Part shown: positions 41,001 to 54,300 of the stretch, in pieces
Layout: each line of letters begins with the position of its first letter
Position numbering within the stretch: the stretch's first letter is position 1
Origin: Tubiluchus corallicola
Taxonomy: Eukaryota > Animalia > Priapulida
Direction: 5' to 3'
Length of the DNA: 64,000 nt
Assembly (NCBI GenBank): GCA_030141605.1
Contig: JAQGDQ010000289.1
Coordinates: 62,001-126,000 of the forward strand
Program-made: the position numbers and the translations under genes
The notes under the pieces: model-generated
The model's input: the letters and a program-made list of their open reading frames with translations, nothing else
What the model was told of the DNA's origin: nothing
Databases searched by the model: none

Positions 41001-44000
41001 GTGCGTCAAATTTTTCAACCTCTGACAGCACCCATGACTGTACAGATAGTAATATCTTTATAGTTTAATTTGGGCCATAAACATTAAACAAAGAACTTGA
41101 GGTCAACTATGTATTTGCATATCAAGAATTTGAAACTTTTTACACAAAATAATTGTACTATATAATAGCTGCAATAATGCAAAATCAGTGTAAACTAATT
41201 TCATCATATTTATTCCCATATTGCATATATTGCAGACTGTTAATTATATATTAAAAATTTTAATAGTGCATAGATGGCAGCACAAGTGGCCTGACCTTGC
41301 TCTTTAGCAGCTGCAAGCACATTTTTTAGGCAGTGCATACTGCATAGCACCTTCTGTGAGTTCTGTGGCAGCCAGCCTAATTGAGTTTTAGTGGTGGCAG
41401 TGCAGTTTTTGATTCATGTGTAAATTTTCTGCATGGCTTAAATTAATAAAGTAAAATACTGTGAGTATGGGTATATAAACTATATGAAGTTTACATTATT
41501 TCAGTAACAACACAAGATTTGATTATTCACTTAGCCGATTTAACTCGCCTAATTAAATGATAATGACTAGTGATTATGAATGGCAGTGAACTGGAAATAT
41601 TAAGATTTATAATAATAATGAATCACAGCTGAACATCAATAACTCTTCAGAATTTTATAATATATAACCTCATTGAGGTTAGACAGTATCCTATAATCTG
41701 TTCAGTGTCCACAGTTCACATTTAAGTAAACACCAGATATCATTAGTTGATTAAATATGGGTCAGTTTACTAAATTTATTATTGATGTTGACAGGTCTAC
41801 ACAACTGTTTAACAGAAGAAATTTCTAAATGCATCTCTGTGGACATTTCAAGTGGGTCTTGGAAAACTGGAATTCAAATTTTGTGAGCTGTCAAGGTGCA
41901 CTTGTATTTATTGGAACACTGTATGCGGCATACTTGGCACTTAGAGTGCTTTACGCTCTTTACAGCTTTATAAAAATTCATATCTATTCCCGTTTGAGTC
42001 CAGTCAATTTACACTGTTATGGGGAATGGGCAGTTGTCACTGGATGCACATCTGGTATCGGGAAACAATTTACTGAAGAGTTGGCTAGTCAAGGTTTTAA
42101 TTTGGTGCTGCTAAGCCGGCCAGGAAAAGTGGAAAGTCTTGCTGAACATGTTGCAGAAAAACATAAAGTGAAAGTGATTCCAATACCAGTGAATTTTAGC
42201 GAAGGTCGGCCTGTGTATCATAAGATTAGAGAACAAATTATCGGACTTCAAATTGGGTTACTAGTAAATAATGTTGGTGTAATGTATGACTACCCAATGT
42301 ATTATAATGAGGTAACAGAAGAAAAAATTTGGGACCTGATAAATGTTAATGTGGCAGCTGCAACCATGATGTCACACATGATTATACCGAATATGATGCT
42401 GAGAAGAAAAGGAGCCATTGTCAATGTTGCATCTGCTGCAGCTTTCCATCCTGCACCATTGATGGGAGTTTATTCAGCCACTAAAGCTTACGTGGATTTT
42501 CTATCTCGGTCGCTTAGAGAAGAATATAGGAACAAAGAAATAGTTGTACAGACTCTGGTCCCATTCTACATTGCCACAAATATGACCAGCTATGCAGAAA
42601 GTATAGCAAAACCAAGTTTATTTGTACCATCAGCAGAACTGTATGTACAACATGCACTGAAGACATTAGGATATGCATCAAGGACTACTGGTTATTGGGC
42701 ACACACAATACAAGGTTGGTCATGTATGTTGCTTCCAGAATGGTTGTTCATGAGAGTTGTATTAAACTTTAACAGCGAATTAAGGCGGCAAGCTGAGAAA
42801 AAAGTACAGGAATCTTCTGCAGCAGGCAATTAAGAACACGTTCATAGTGCAAGAATTGAAAAAAGTAAAAAATTTAGTGGCTTATGGCACAAAATTGACA
42901 TCATGTTAAAGAGACTGGGGATGAAGAGTCATTTCAATGCAATCAACGACAGTTTTATTTTCTGATGATGTTGTCACTTGCTGAAAATGCTTCAATAAAA
43001 ATAAAATAAGTACTGGTTGCACTTGTGGTTACACAAAAAGTACTTAAGTGTTTTTTACAGACTTACAGTCGTAGTTAAATAGTCTTCACAGTCTTAGTCT
43101 TATCTACAGGGTTGCTAGGTTGGATTTAAGTCAATAATGAACTGACTTTTGTATTGTTTGCAGCATCACAAAATGCATAAACGAAGACAATTTGCATACG
43201 ATGCATCTTCTACTCTATTGCAGCAGGACATTTCAACCACATAAATTATGTATTTTTTATGGTTTCTACCTATTATATTTTTACATTATCACACAATTTT
43301 AATTACGACAAATATCATTTTTAGCAGTTATGCTTACTGCTTTAATAAACTAGTACTTCAAAAGAGCTGTTTTAATATGACCAAGTATTGTAATGTAAGG
43401 CAGTGAATCTCAGCATCAATCTCTGTAGTTAACTAGGTACACATACATAATGTGTCAATGAGGTAACAAAATGGTTGACATTTTCATCAAAATGTGGACT
43501 AAACATTTCCATCACAAATTTCCCCATGTTACAATAAGAATGACATTTAAATTCAAAAGAGTTAGCATTTCAAGACAATTTAGAAGCAGCAGCTGCTGTG
43601 TTGTGGAGCACAGCAATTAACTTGGAGCAAGCAAAACTTTCTTTTTTATTTTTTACTTTTTTAAGGCAATTTTGAAAACACTCAAAATATTGGTAGCAAC
43701 ACAGGCTAAATAAGAGTGTAAAATGAGGGATAAAAATAAAATAAAAAATGAAAATTAATTTTGCCTGCTACCAAATTAAGGCGGACAATCAAAAAACAAT
43801 TATTATAAAATGGGGGGAATTATTATAACAATGCAGTACAGTTGTGTTCAGTTACTTCCTGCGTGGTTGCCCAACAGAGCTGGTGGAGCAGCACACTAAA
43901 TCATGCCGTTAGTGATACAAAAATAAAATAAAATAATGAAAATTAATTAATTAATAAATTTACATGATACCAAATTACTTTGTATTTATGCCGGCAATCT

Positions 44001-47000
44001 TACTCTACTTATATATCTGGTTGGTTAAGTAATTTAAGTGGCTCAAAGTGGCCTAGGTGGTAGCATGGGCTTATATCTGAAATTGGCTTATGAATTGGTA
44101 TAAGCACCATATGACTACCACATGTATTATAGTGAGGTCACAGAAGACAAAATTTAAGACTTGTAACCAGTACTGGTTCATAGGAGTTTATTCAGCCACT
44201 AAAGCTTACACAAGATTTTCAATCTCGATCACTAGAGGAAGGAGGGACTGAAAAAGGCAAAGTTATAAAAACCATAATTTCACCCTATATCGCTGCAAAT
44301 ATGACCAGGTTAGCAGAAAATGTAAGCAAACCAAGTCTTTTCGTACCAACGCTGTAACTGTATGTGCTAGATTCACTGAAGACATTCAGGCATGGATCAA
44401 GAACCACTGATTGCTGGGCCTATACAGTACAGTTCTGTTCAGTTGTTTACTGCATGGTTGCTCAGCAGAGTTGTATTGGAAGTTAAAAGCAAGCTGAGAA
44501 AGAATATCAGAATCATTCACAAAAAGCAACTGAGTGCATGTGTGTTAGTCTATAGGTCCAAATGACATCATACTGAAGATACTAACAGCCCCTGGTTATT
44601 AAACTCATTGAGGGAGACTACAAATGTGTCTAATTTGGCTGCATGTCAGCTCACTGTTGCATTTCAGAGAATTATTTTTAATAATGATATAGATTTCCAT
44701 CCTGCCATAATCAGTTATATTAAGTAAGCCATACCACTGAGTGCTGTATCACAATTTGCAAAGTGCCAAACTGCATACAAAATGGAAAATGCAACACTGC
44801 TCTGTCATTGTAATATGATGAGTCTAATCTATGCGATAAGTAAAGGAAAACTAAATGTGCGCACTGTTGACTAGTATATTTTTCAGGTAAGCAATGTACC
44901 AACATAAGTTACCTAGCCAAAGAAGCTGCAAAGGTTAGGCAAATTTTCCTAAGCAAATAAGTTTAAAAGATAAGCAAGGGTGAATTTTACTGCTCCATGT
45001 TTTAAGGCAACATTAAAGCTAAAAATGGACATTAAGTAATGAGCACGTTGTTTTAATATCAACGAGTACAGTCAATGTACATACTAATAACAAACACCAA
45101 GTCAGTTACCTTCTTCGCCAATGAATGTGACTTCAAATAACTTGCACCAGTCGGCAGTTGAGAGATTTTTACACACTTTCATTGACTGAAAATAGAAGCA
45201 ATGGTCAATTTATGATTAATTAAGCGCAAACCAACAGGCAGATGACAAGTGCAGTCAAGTTGTGCATTTATCTTGCACAAAATGCTGAATCGTCTGAATG
45301 CATTTGGTGTAGGAAATATTTAGTTAACAGCCCATACACCACACTACACACAGCACTACACTTATTTAGTTAACTAAAATAATGTTCCAAATAATTAACA
45401 TTGCCCAGATATATGAATGGAAAATTAGGATTCGAACATGATGGTTTTCCTGTACTAATTGCTTTAAACCTAAGCAGTATATAAAACACTTGGAAAAAGC
45501 AGTTTCAATGATACCATGCCTTCAGCCTTCTGTAGCACACCAAGGGTTACAGGTTCAATCATAATTCATGTAAGCAATTTATCATGATTACTCTCTCACA
45601 AAAATGGCAACTGCTTCATTCAAAGGTAATTCAAATATGGGGAATCAGTTAAGTATTTTGCATTACAAATTAATAATTAATAAGTAATTAATATCAGTGA
45701 TGAAATGCCAATACTTGTTGGTCAGCATTACTGTTATTGGAAAGCACATGTTGCCATGGTTAAAGTGAAGCTGCTGTTGCACTTGTTAACATTAATTTAC
45801 TTACACTTTCTAGCAGCTGATCACGCTGTACTCTAACTAGCAACTTGTCTCGGCTCTTCTTCTGGTGAAGCAAACGTAACTGATGATGAAAAAAGTTTTG
45901 CTTGTCTTTAAACGTTTCAGAACCACCTACAGAAAATATGCTGCTTTAGAAGACGCCTTTTAAAAATTTCCAACATCCATATTCTTATAGACATAACTGT
46001 GTGCCAAACAACAATTTTCTGAACGTATACTAATGCTGGCATTCGGGGAAATACTGATGAAAAACGAAAGACCTTCCATTACATATGCTTTGAACAACTG
46101 CACGCTTTTGAGAATGTCCAAGAGGCAAAAGGCAAATGCTTTCCCCGAAATGTACCATATGAATAGCCAAACAAGATGCACTTTTTCCAACAAAAACCAT
46201 GCTAAACACAGCCTGTATCTTACACACTGAACATAAGAGGCCTAATGTAGGCCACAGTTTTTATTCCTGCACTTCTGATAGACAAATATGCAAACTTCAA
46301 CTGACATATAATTGACGTTGTTACAGGTAAAATATTTGAACGCAAACTCAAGATAGAAAACATGTTTTAAACTGCTTTTTATACAGCTACTTCTGTTGTG
46401 CAAATACTGTATGACCACCACACTCTCATGTCAATGCCCCTTCAAAAAAACTCGCCACAGCTGGACAATGGGACTCACAACAAAGCAATCTGTCTATGAA
46501 GTGTAGACGTGATTCGTTAGTTGAGGCATTAATATCGAAAGAAAAACAAAACATTTTAACCAATGATCGAAAGGCAGAAATTTTGCAATTTGTGTAAAAA
46601 TATAAATGAACCTCACAATGCATTTAAAGGTAGAAATTTTTGAATTTGTGTAAAAATAAAGATGAGCCTCTCAATGCATTTAATCTACCAAGAGACTGCT
46701 AGAATATATATTTTTAGGCATAGTTAAAAATCACCACAAACATGTATTATTAAAAAATATCTTTTTCGAGAAGCAAAAAGAGGGCCTCAAGCCTGAGGCC
46801 TAAAACTTTTTTTCTAATTTTGCCTTGCAAGATGGGGTTGTGTCTTATTCTTATATGCTGGTATATGGCAAATGTCTGTCTCAATTTCATTCTCCATTCT
46901 TTATAATAATTATTAACATGTGAACAGGCCACAAAAAATAGTTGTTACAATGTTTGCAATCTGCTTCACTGCAAATCTGAGTATACTAAATCAACCTGTT

Positions 47001-48276
47001 TCTGTGAATTTTGTAATCAAAATTAGTCATAATATTTTATTATGAGGTCAACAAAACCATATCTTAAAAACTTGTATCATTCCACAGTTACCTATGTTCT
47101 TCAGTAAGAATTGTGTAAATGTTGCAATGATGACATTCCGTTCATGTGAAGCTAGTTCCAGTGGAGGCTGAGAAGCATCATCAATCGTGAAAACATCATC
47201 ATCTACTGAGCTACCATCACTGGACTCAAATGAAAACTAGATAAGAAAAATTAAAAAAAAGATTATGAAATGAAAATGCAGCTAAAAACTAAGATAAGAA
47301 ACAGAAATGGATGATGAAAGAGGTCAACAATTTTTATTTTTTGAGCATTTCCACTATAAAAATTTCACATGAATTATAATAATTTCAACTTTACACTATC
47401 TTAACCTAAAAAAGACTAGAAACTGATAGAACGTGATAGAAAACAGTGTATATCAATTTTGCTACAAGTGGTTTTTATAGCTGTTTACATGAATAATTTT
47501 AGATCTAAAATTGCACTAAATAAGTGTTCACAAATAACAGAAATACACACCAAGACGCACTAAGGCATGAAATGCAATTAAAAATTTGAGTAGGAAACTT
47601 TGCTCTAATGCCAGTATTAACTATGGTACTTTTGTTGAGTTAGACTACAGCCAGGCGTCAGAGATATATTAAAATGGTCTTAAATAATATATATTATGTC
47701 TTCTTCTTTTTATATTTCTTTGTTATTTGTATTTATCTTGTTCTGCTTTACATAATGTGTTTTATTTATATTTATCTGTGTATATCATGGTGCAACAATT
47801 TTTTCTGTCGGAAATGGGGAACAGATAGCTCAAAAATCGTCTCATACTCACAAAAATTTAATTGGCATCCTTTTTTCAATGAATACAGAATATGACACAA
47901 TACTTAATTTAATACAGGAACTTGATAAAATTAAATTTTTCCTTTTACTCGTACTTAGGTTTTTCCTGCTTAATCTGTACTTAACAGTAAATCATCCTCC
48001 AAGTCAGTATCACAGAACAACTATAACCTAGATGCCATATATGCTGTGCGGCTGATAAGCAATTGCATGCAAAGGCATCATAAGAAATGAAAATAACAGA
48101 ACTTTCAATACTGCATTATTTATGAAACACATGATCAGTATGTAATTTTTACAGGAGTCTTCTCTAGATATATTTTTTATTTTTATCGACTGCACATACT
48201 TTTATCGTAAATATTTTCTGTAGCGCTTTTAATTTTTGTGTGCTATGTAATTCTAGAATTTATGTGCGAATAAAGA

Positions 48277-48320
<44 letters not shown>

Positions 48321-51300
48321 AGTACATTTACTTTTTATGTACTGAAATAAACGTAAATGTGAATAATAATAATAATAACAATTTTATTATTATTATCCAC
48401 AGTTTACGTTTATTTCAGTACATAAAAAGTAAATGTACATAAAAGTATATATATACATACAGGAATTTTTCCTCTTCATTAAGGGACAGAACCAAAATTG
48501 GTAGCCACATTGAGGATTCTTAAGCAGCATCTATCAGCTTACCTTTGTGGAAGGACACAGTCGGAATGTGTAGAGGCGTTTTGGAATGATCTTAAGAATG
48601 AACTCCTTCACGGTAATTTGCTAGAAAATAACAAAAAGGTAGATAATCTACACCATGTGCAGTACGCATCAAATATCTTAATCATGCAGCTCACAAACTT
48701 TCAATTACAACATACAATTGCAATTACTATAATGCAGTTTGTGACAAGTCAATGACTTACATAAGATTCTGCAATGCTAGTGTTCTTCCCTGAGACTTGC
48801 TTACATGAATGAGTGAGTGTGCACTACAGACATAAAATAAGACTTACAATAACGACGAATGTATGCTGACTTCAGCTATTTGAGTCAAGGTCAAATGTTT
48901 GACACAATGCTGAAATTTGTATGGCGTAATGAACCTGCAGACCAAAAAGTTGTGGTCAAACTAAAATTTGAAAGGTGAGTACAATTTTTGTTGTTGATCC
49001 CAACATGTTATAGCAAAAATTGCATAGGTAATGTTTATTTTAGATCCACTCCAGTAAAATAAAATACTGAATACCAACCTTAGGCGATATGTACAGAAAG
49101 ACTTTTTTTGGCTTTTGCAGTCGACTATAATTAGCTGAAAGAATTCTGGCCTCGTAATAACAGTTAGTGTTACGAGTGTCAACATTTTTCTTTACAACTT
49201 GTGCTTCACTACCTGCAAGAACAGCACACAGTCAGAACACAACAGGAATGCTTACCAAATTTGGCTACTATTTTGCTAATTTTTGGTTGACTGGGTAGCT
49301 GAATTATCTACAAATTTGTACACAGCAAAAATATATGTGCCAAATGACTTTGATCTCGTTATTGTCATGATACTTGTACATTCTTTTGTAGTTAGGTACA
49401 TAGATATATATATATATCCAAGTGAGTGTAATTTTGGAAAAGTCAAAAAGTTTGCAGAACGAAAATGAACAAGGACAATTCATATACTGGAAACCATAAA
49501 ATAAATGTGTGAAGGAAATGTTTACAACAAATGTTGCGACTCAGCACTGAGATAAAAACTTCCAGAGGTATAAACCACTCTGGTAATCTAGCTGTATATT
49601 GTAGTATTTAGTTGTAGCAGCGCATTGAGTTAATGATCAGCAAAAGAAAGACACTGCAAACTTTTGTTGCTTCTTATTACTGAGCAAGTGTTTACTGAGC
49701 AATAATTTGGTGTTTAAACATCAAAATCAATAATAATAAATGCAAAGGCTGAAACAAACTGTCATCAGTCGGCCTGAATACAGTATGGTATTGACCTAAA
49801 CCCAGCGGCGGATTATGATTTTATGGGCCTTAGGCTTGAGCTTGGAACGGGCCTTTTAAATGTTGCTACACTGCTGAGCTGACGTGTTTTTGTGGAGCTC
49901 TCGTCGTTTGTAAGTTTGTTTAATTTTGTGAGTTTTTGCCCACCGATTGTGATAAAATGGACTTTTCAGAAATTATAAATGACTTTGCCCCCAGAAAAAT
50001 TCGGAAACTGAAATTTTGAACTTAAACTGTGTAAACGTGAATTGTGTAAACTTAAATTGTGTAAACTTGAATTGTGTAAACTTAAATTGTGTAAACTTGA
50101 TTTGTGTAAACCAGATTTGAAATATAGTGACTGACTTTTGAAAAAAAGAGCCCCTTGCTCTTTTGTCAATTTATTTTTTTTTACAAAAAAAATTTTTTTT
50201 CGTTTTATTTTGCCGGGCCCCTTTTGATCCCGGGCCTTAGGCTTCAGCCTATTCAGCCTATAGGGCTATCCGCTACAGCCTAAACCGGTTAGTTTTGTTT
50301 ATAATTACATAATTTAGTTGCTGAGTCCTGCAATTAGTTTTGCTGAAAGTGCCATACAACCAGTCACTGATTCAGCATTGCCATAACCTTTTCTTTAAGT
50401 TACAACACCATCTACATGTAGTAACGCAACAATGCAATGTAGTAACCCAATAATGCAATAATATGTACTGGTAAATCAGTCGTTCTAGTATAACAGGTTA
50501 CATTGAAGCAGTATTAACATAACACATTACATGACACTACTGAACAGCGACTATTACACATGAAATGGAGCCATGAAGTGCATCGCAAAAGTATCACTTT
50601 ATAAACAAGCTTTTGAAACTTAGTTTGCAAAAATTTGCAAAATCAAGTGCATTGGTTATGTTTGCACTATAGCAATAATAAAAATCAAACTTGGAATGTT
50701 GCAGAAATCACAGACATATGTGAAATACTTTTCAAACAATAACACAAAAAATTTTGGTTTTTCAAGTACAAGTATCATTTTGTATCATTTTGATGGTTCG
50801 GTCAGACTTCGGAAAATAAAAAAATTAAAAGAAATTGAAGATGGACCAATAAAACACATTAAAGGTAAATTATCCATTAATTAGGCCACTAAATATTACT
50901 TACTGGTTAAAACTACAATGCCAAATTCGGCATTTTTCAACTTTGTGCCTTTATAAGTTACTAGCGCTTGGAATATCCCCTCTTCAGACATGTGTATCAC
51001 TACAGTGACATGAAGCATTGTCTTGTCATATGATACTAGAACTATAGGGGAATACTTTTGGCTTTCTCCAATCTGTAATGTACAAATAAATGCTTGGAAT
51101 TATTTAGATTAACAGACAAAATTATTAATGATATGAAAAACTTGAACACAAACCATATGGGTTGGATTTGAGTGTTTTATCAAAACTCTGTTAAGTATTC
51201 TCATATAAATAATACCAGAAAGCTTAGTGAAAACTCAACATACTGCTTTCATTCAAACATTTTGGAAGTAAACGGGTCATAAAATTAGAAAATAAACTTA

Positions 51301-54300
51301 TTATCATTATTATTATTATTATTAAAAAAAGTAAAAAGAGACCTGTATTGGCAAAAAGGTTGTATTTTAATTAAAAATTAATTTCTACAGTAAGCTAACA
51401 TTATATTTCATTTTTTCAAGAAAATAAAAAAACTGCAACCTTCTAAATTGGCCCCAGCAAATTACTAATATTATATTACAGTCAACATCAACGATTTCTG
51501 TCAGATTTCTAGCAAAAGTGAATTAAAATGGTTACTTAGTTAAATTTTTTCTCTCTAGTTTTTAGTCCCATGTTTTTTCTTGACAACTCTTATGTACTAG
51601 CATTACTATGGTGATTATTTATTCATTTCATTCGCAAGGTCACAATTGTTCCCAAAAATTATCAATTTTTAAATTTTATTAATTTGTTCTACATTGTAAC
51701 TGTATCTTCTCAGAAGCAGATGCTTCTCAAATTCTATGATTATGACATCTTGATTTAATGTTGAAATGTCAGTTATTACAATAAATTACATAGCTATATA
51801 AGTGGGTGCTGGTGATATCTTGTCTTATTTTTTCCTTTGTGCTTTGCACAATAACAAATTAAAAATATTAGCGGCAAACCTTTAGATACCAAAGATGGGG
51901 ATGCTTCCCAGCAAAAACGTTAAATCAAACAAATGTATAGCTCAAACTGGGCTTATTATATTATACCAAGAATTACATTTCACATAAACCAATTTATTGC
52001 TTTTATTAGCACGATTCATCGAAAGTATACCCAGGTAGGTCTATTTTGTTTGTCTTAAGCAATTATTGTGAAAGCAAAGTACCTTATATTTTTCCCAAAA
52101 GAAAATAAAAATGTCATGTCCATCAACATTTCCTTGCTACTGCTTAAGAATTATGTCTTAGCAAAAAAAAAACAGGAAATTACTGATGGCACACTTAGAT
52201 ATTTGGTACTCTGTAATAAATCTGTGTACATTGGTATTAGTATTGGTATGAAAGTATTAACAACCTTGTTGACTAGTAGTTGATAACCAGTCTCCATATC
52301 TACATCAGGCACATATGAACACTGATTTCCATACTCATCTCTCGGTTCAATGGTTAACACATGGACATTGTCTTTGGTGCAGACTACGGTGGAAGAATGA
52401 TGAATAAAGCCAGTTTTGCTGGGTTCTAGAGGACCTAAAATATTTAACACAAGTTCTACAGTGGAAACTTATGCAATGACAGCAAATCTAGTTAGCACAT
52501 TTTACACATTTTGACACATTCACTGTTTTTAGCACAATTAAATCTGACATATATTTTTGCATAGCAGACAAGCTGAATGAATTTGCAATGATCAAGTTTT
52601 AAGCATCACAGTAAGAATAGCAAACAGATAATTTGCAAAGGAAAGGCTAAATGTTACAATGCCATAAGAACAAGCTTAGAAGTTTAGCTATTGAAATCAA
52701 CTATTAATGTTCAGGTTAAGTAAATTCCACAGTACAAGCAAATTCCACTTCATTTGAAATTTGATTATTTGTTTTACAGCTAAATACCTAAATCAGTTTT
52801 CTTAAGCCAATTTTAGACAATGCTGGTGGCAAGACTGGGACCTGACTCATTATTAAGATATGTCGCTAGGATAAAACACTGAAACAGCACAAGTATCTCA
52901 TGTTCGGATGTAAAAATCCTTCTTCTACAAGTAAACAGCCATAATCAGCTTAGCGAATGAAACTGCCCAAAGCAAGAATTGAAGCAGTTCATCCATCCAC
53001 TCAACAACCAGCCTTGACATCATTCTTAACTTTGGTCACAAAGGCAGCGCAGAGACTGCTGGGCCATGCACCTCATCATGTGTATTATTCAATGATCACT
53101 AACTTCTATGGTTACTAATGCTTGAAGGAATTGTAGCCATTAGACTGATTAAAGAAAACATGAGGTTTGAATTGGATTTGTCTTTCTTGCCAGGGCCAGA
53201 AACTAGGGATTAATAATGAGTAATCTGATGTAATGGCTGTCTTAAAAATTGTATTTGACAGGAATGAAAGTAGTTCCCAAAATCAAGACCACAACCTTTT
53301 ATAAGATAGAAACGTGAAAAGTTAGAAGAAATCCTAAACCGACAAAGGTGGAAAAGCGCTAGATCTCTGCTTCCTCTCAAACATGTAATATGTTCTATGT
53401 GCAGATGAATGTGTGAAGATTGAAAAGAGCCAGAAAAGGAATCAACATGCATGAGCCATGCCATACAAGCAGACTACATTTTTGACATATAAGAATGCTT
53501 GCTTTCCTGCCATTCATTAAATAGTGTTATGTATTTAATCTCATTCATGATTAAATTGATGCAACTATGATACATCAATACATAAACCCCACCTGACAAG
53601 AACTGCTTTGTGAATGGACTACCCTTCACATGCTGGGCTCCAACCATAATGGAAATCTTATACGTGCCTGCTCTGCGAACTGTAAACCGTACCGTTGCCA
53701 TGTTGATGTCGCCTTGCTTTATACCTCCAAATTCAGTTGATGCTGCCACCTGCGAGAAGTACAAAGAAATATTTTGCATGTGTATATAAGCATTCTAAGC
53801 TTAACAATTTACATCTTAATATAAACACAAGTTCTGCACATCAGTGAAGGCTTAAAATGGCCACTAAACGGACAATTGGACATATCATACACGATGCACA
53901 GGTAAGAATTCATTAAGGTTATGAAATCCTCTTAATAATCTTAATATATGTTTATCGTTAAGACTTGAAGGTACAAAACGTACCTTATAATCACCTATCA
54001 TAATCTCTACTAAAATGCCATCGCTGTCACTAATTGGGTAAGGCCGACCATTCCGTTGATAAAACTGAAATAAAAATACAGCATTCTACAGCCAGACTGA
54101 CAAAACATTTTCACTTTATTAATTTCCAAGAAAAATAGTGAAAGCCATGCAAACTGAAATTGTGTCTTCAAACTTTGGAAAATTCACAGCTGCAAAGCTT
54201 TACAAAAAATGAACAATTAAAAGTAATTTTACTTCGGTCAGTTTTTGCATTTTAACTTAAGCTACAAGAAAATATGCACTCATTTAGTGAGTGTTCTCAA

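Noticed and set aside
46054-46075. ctgatga-aaaac-gaaa minimal hammerhead-like core
   Set aside because: No pairing partners for stems I and III.
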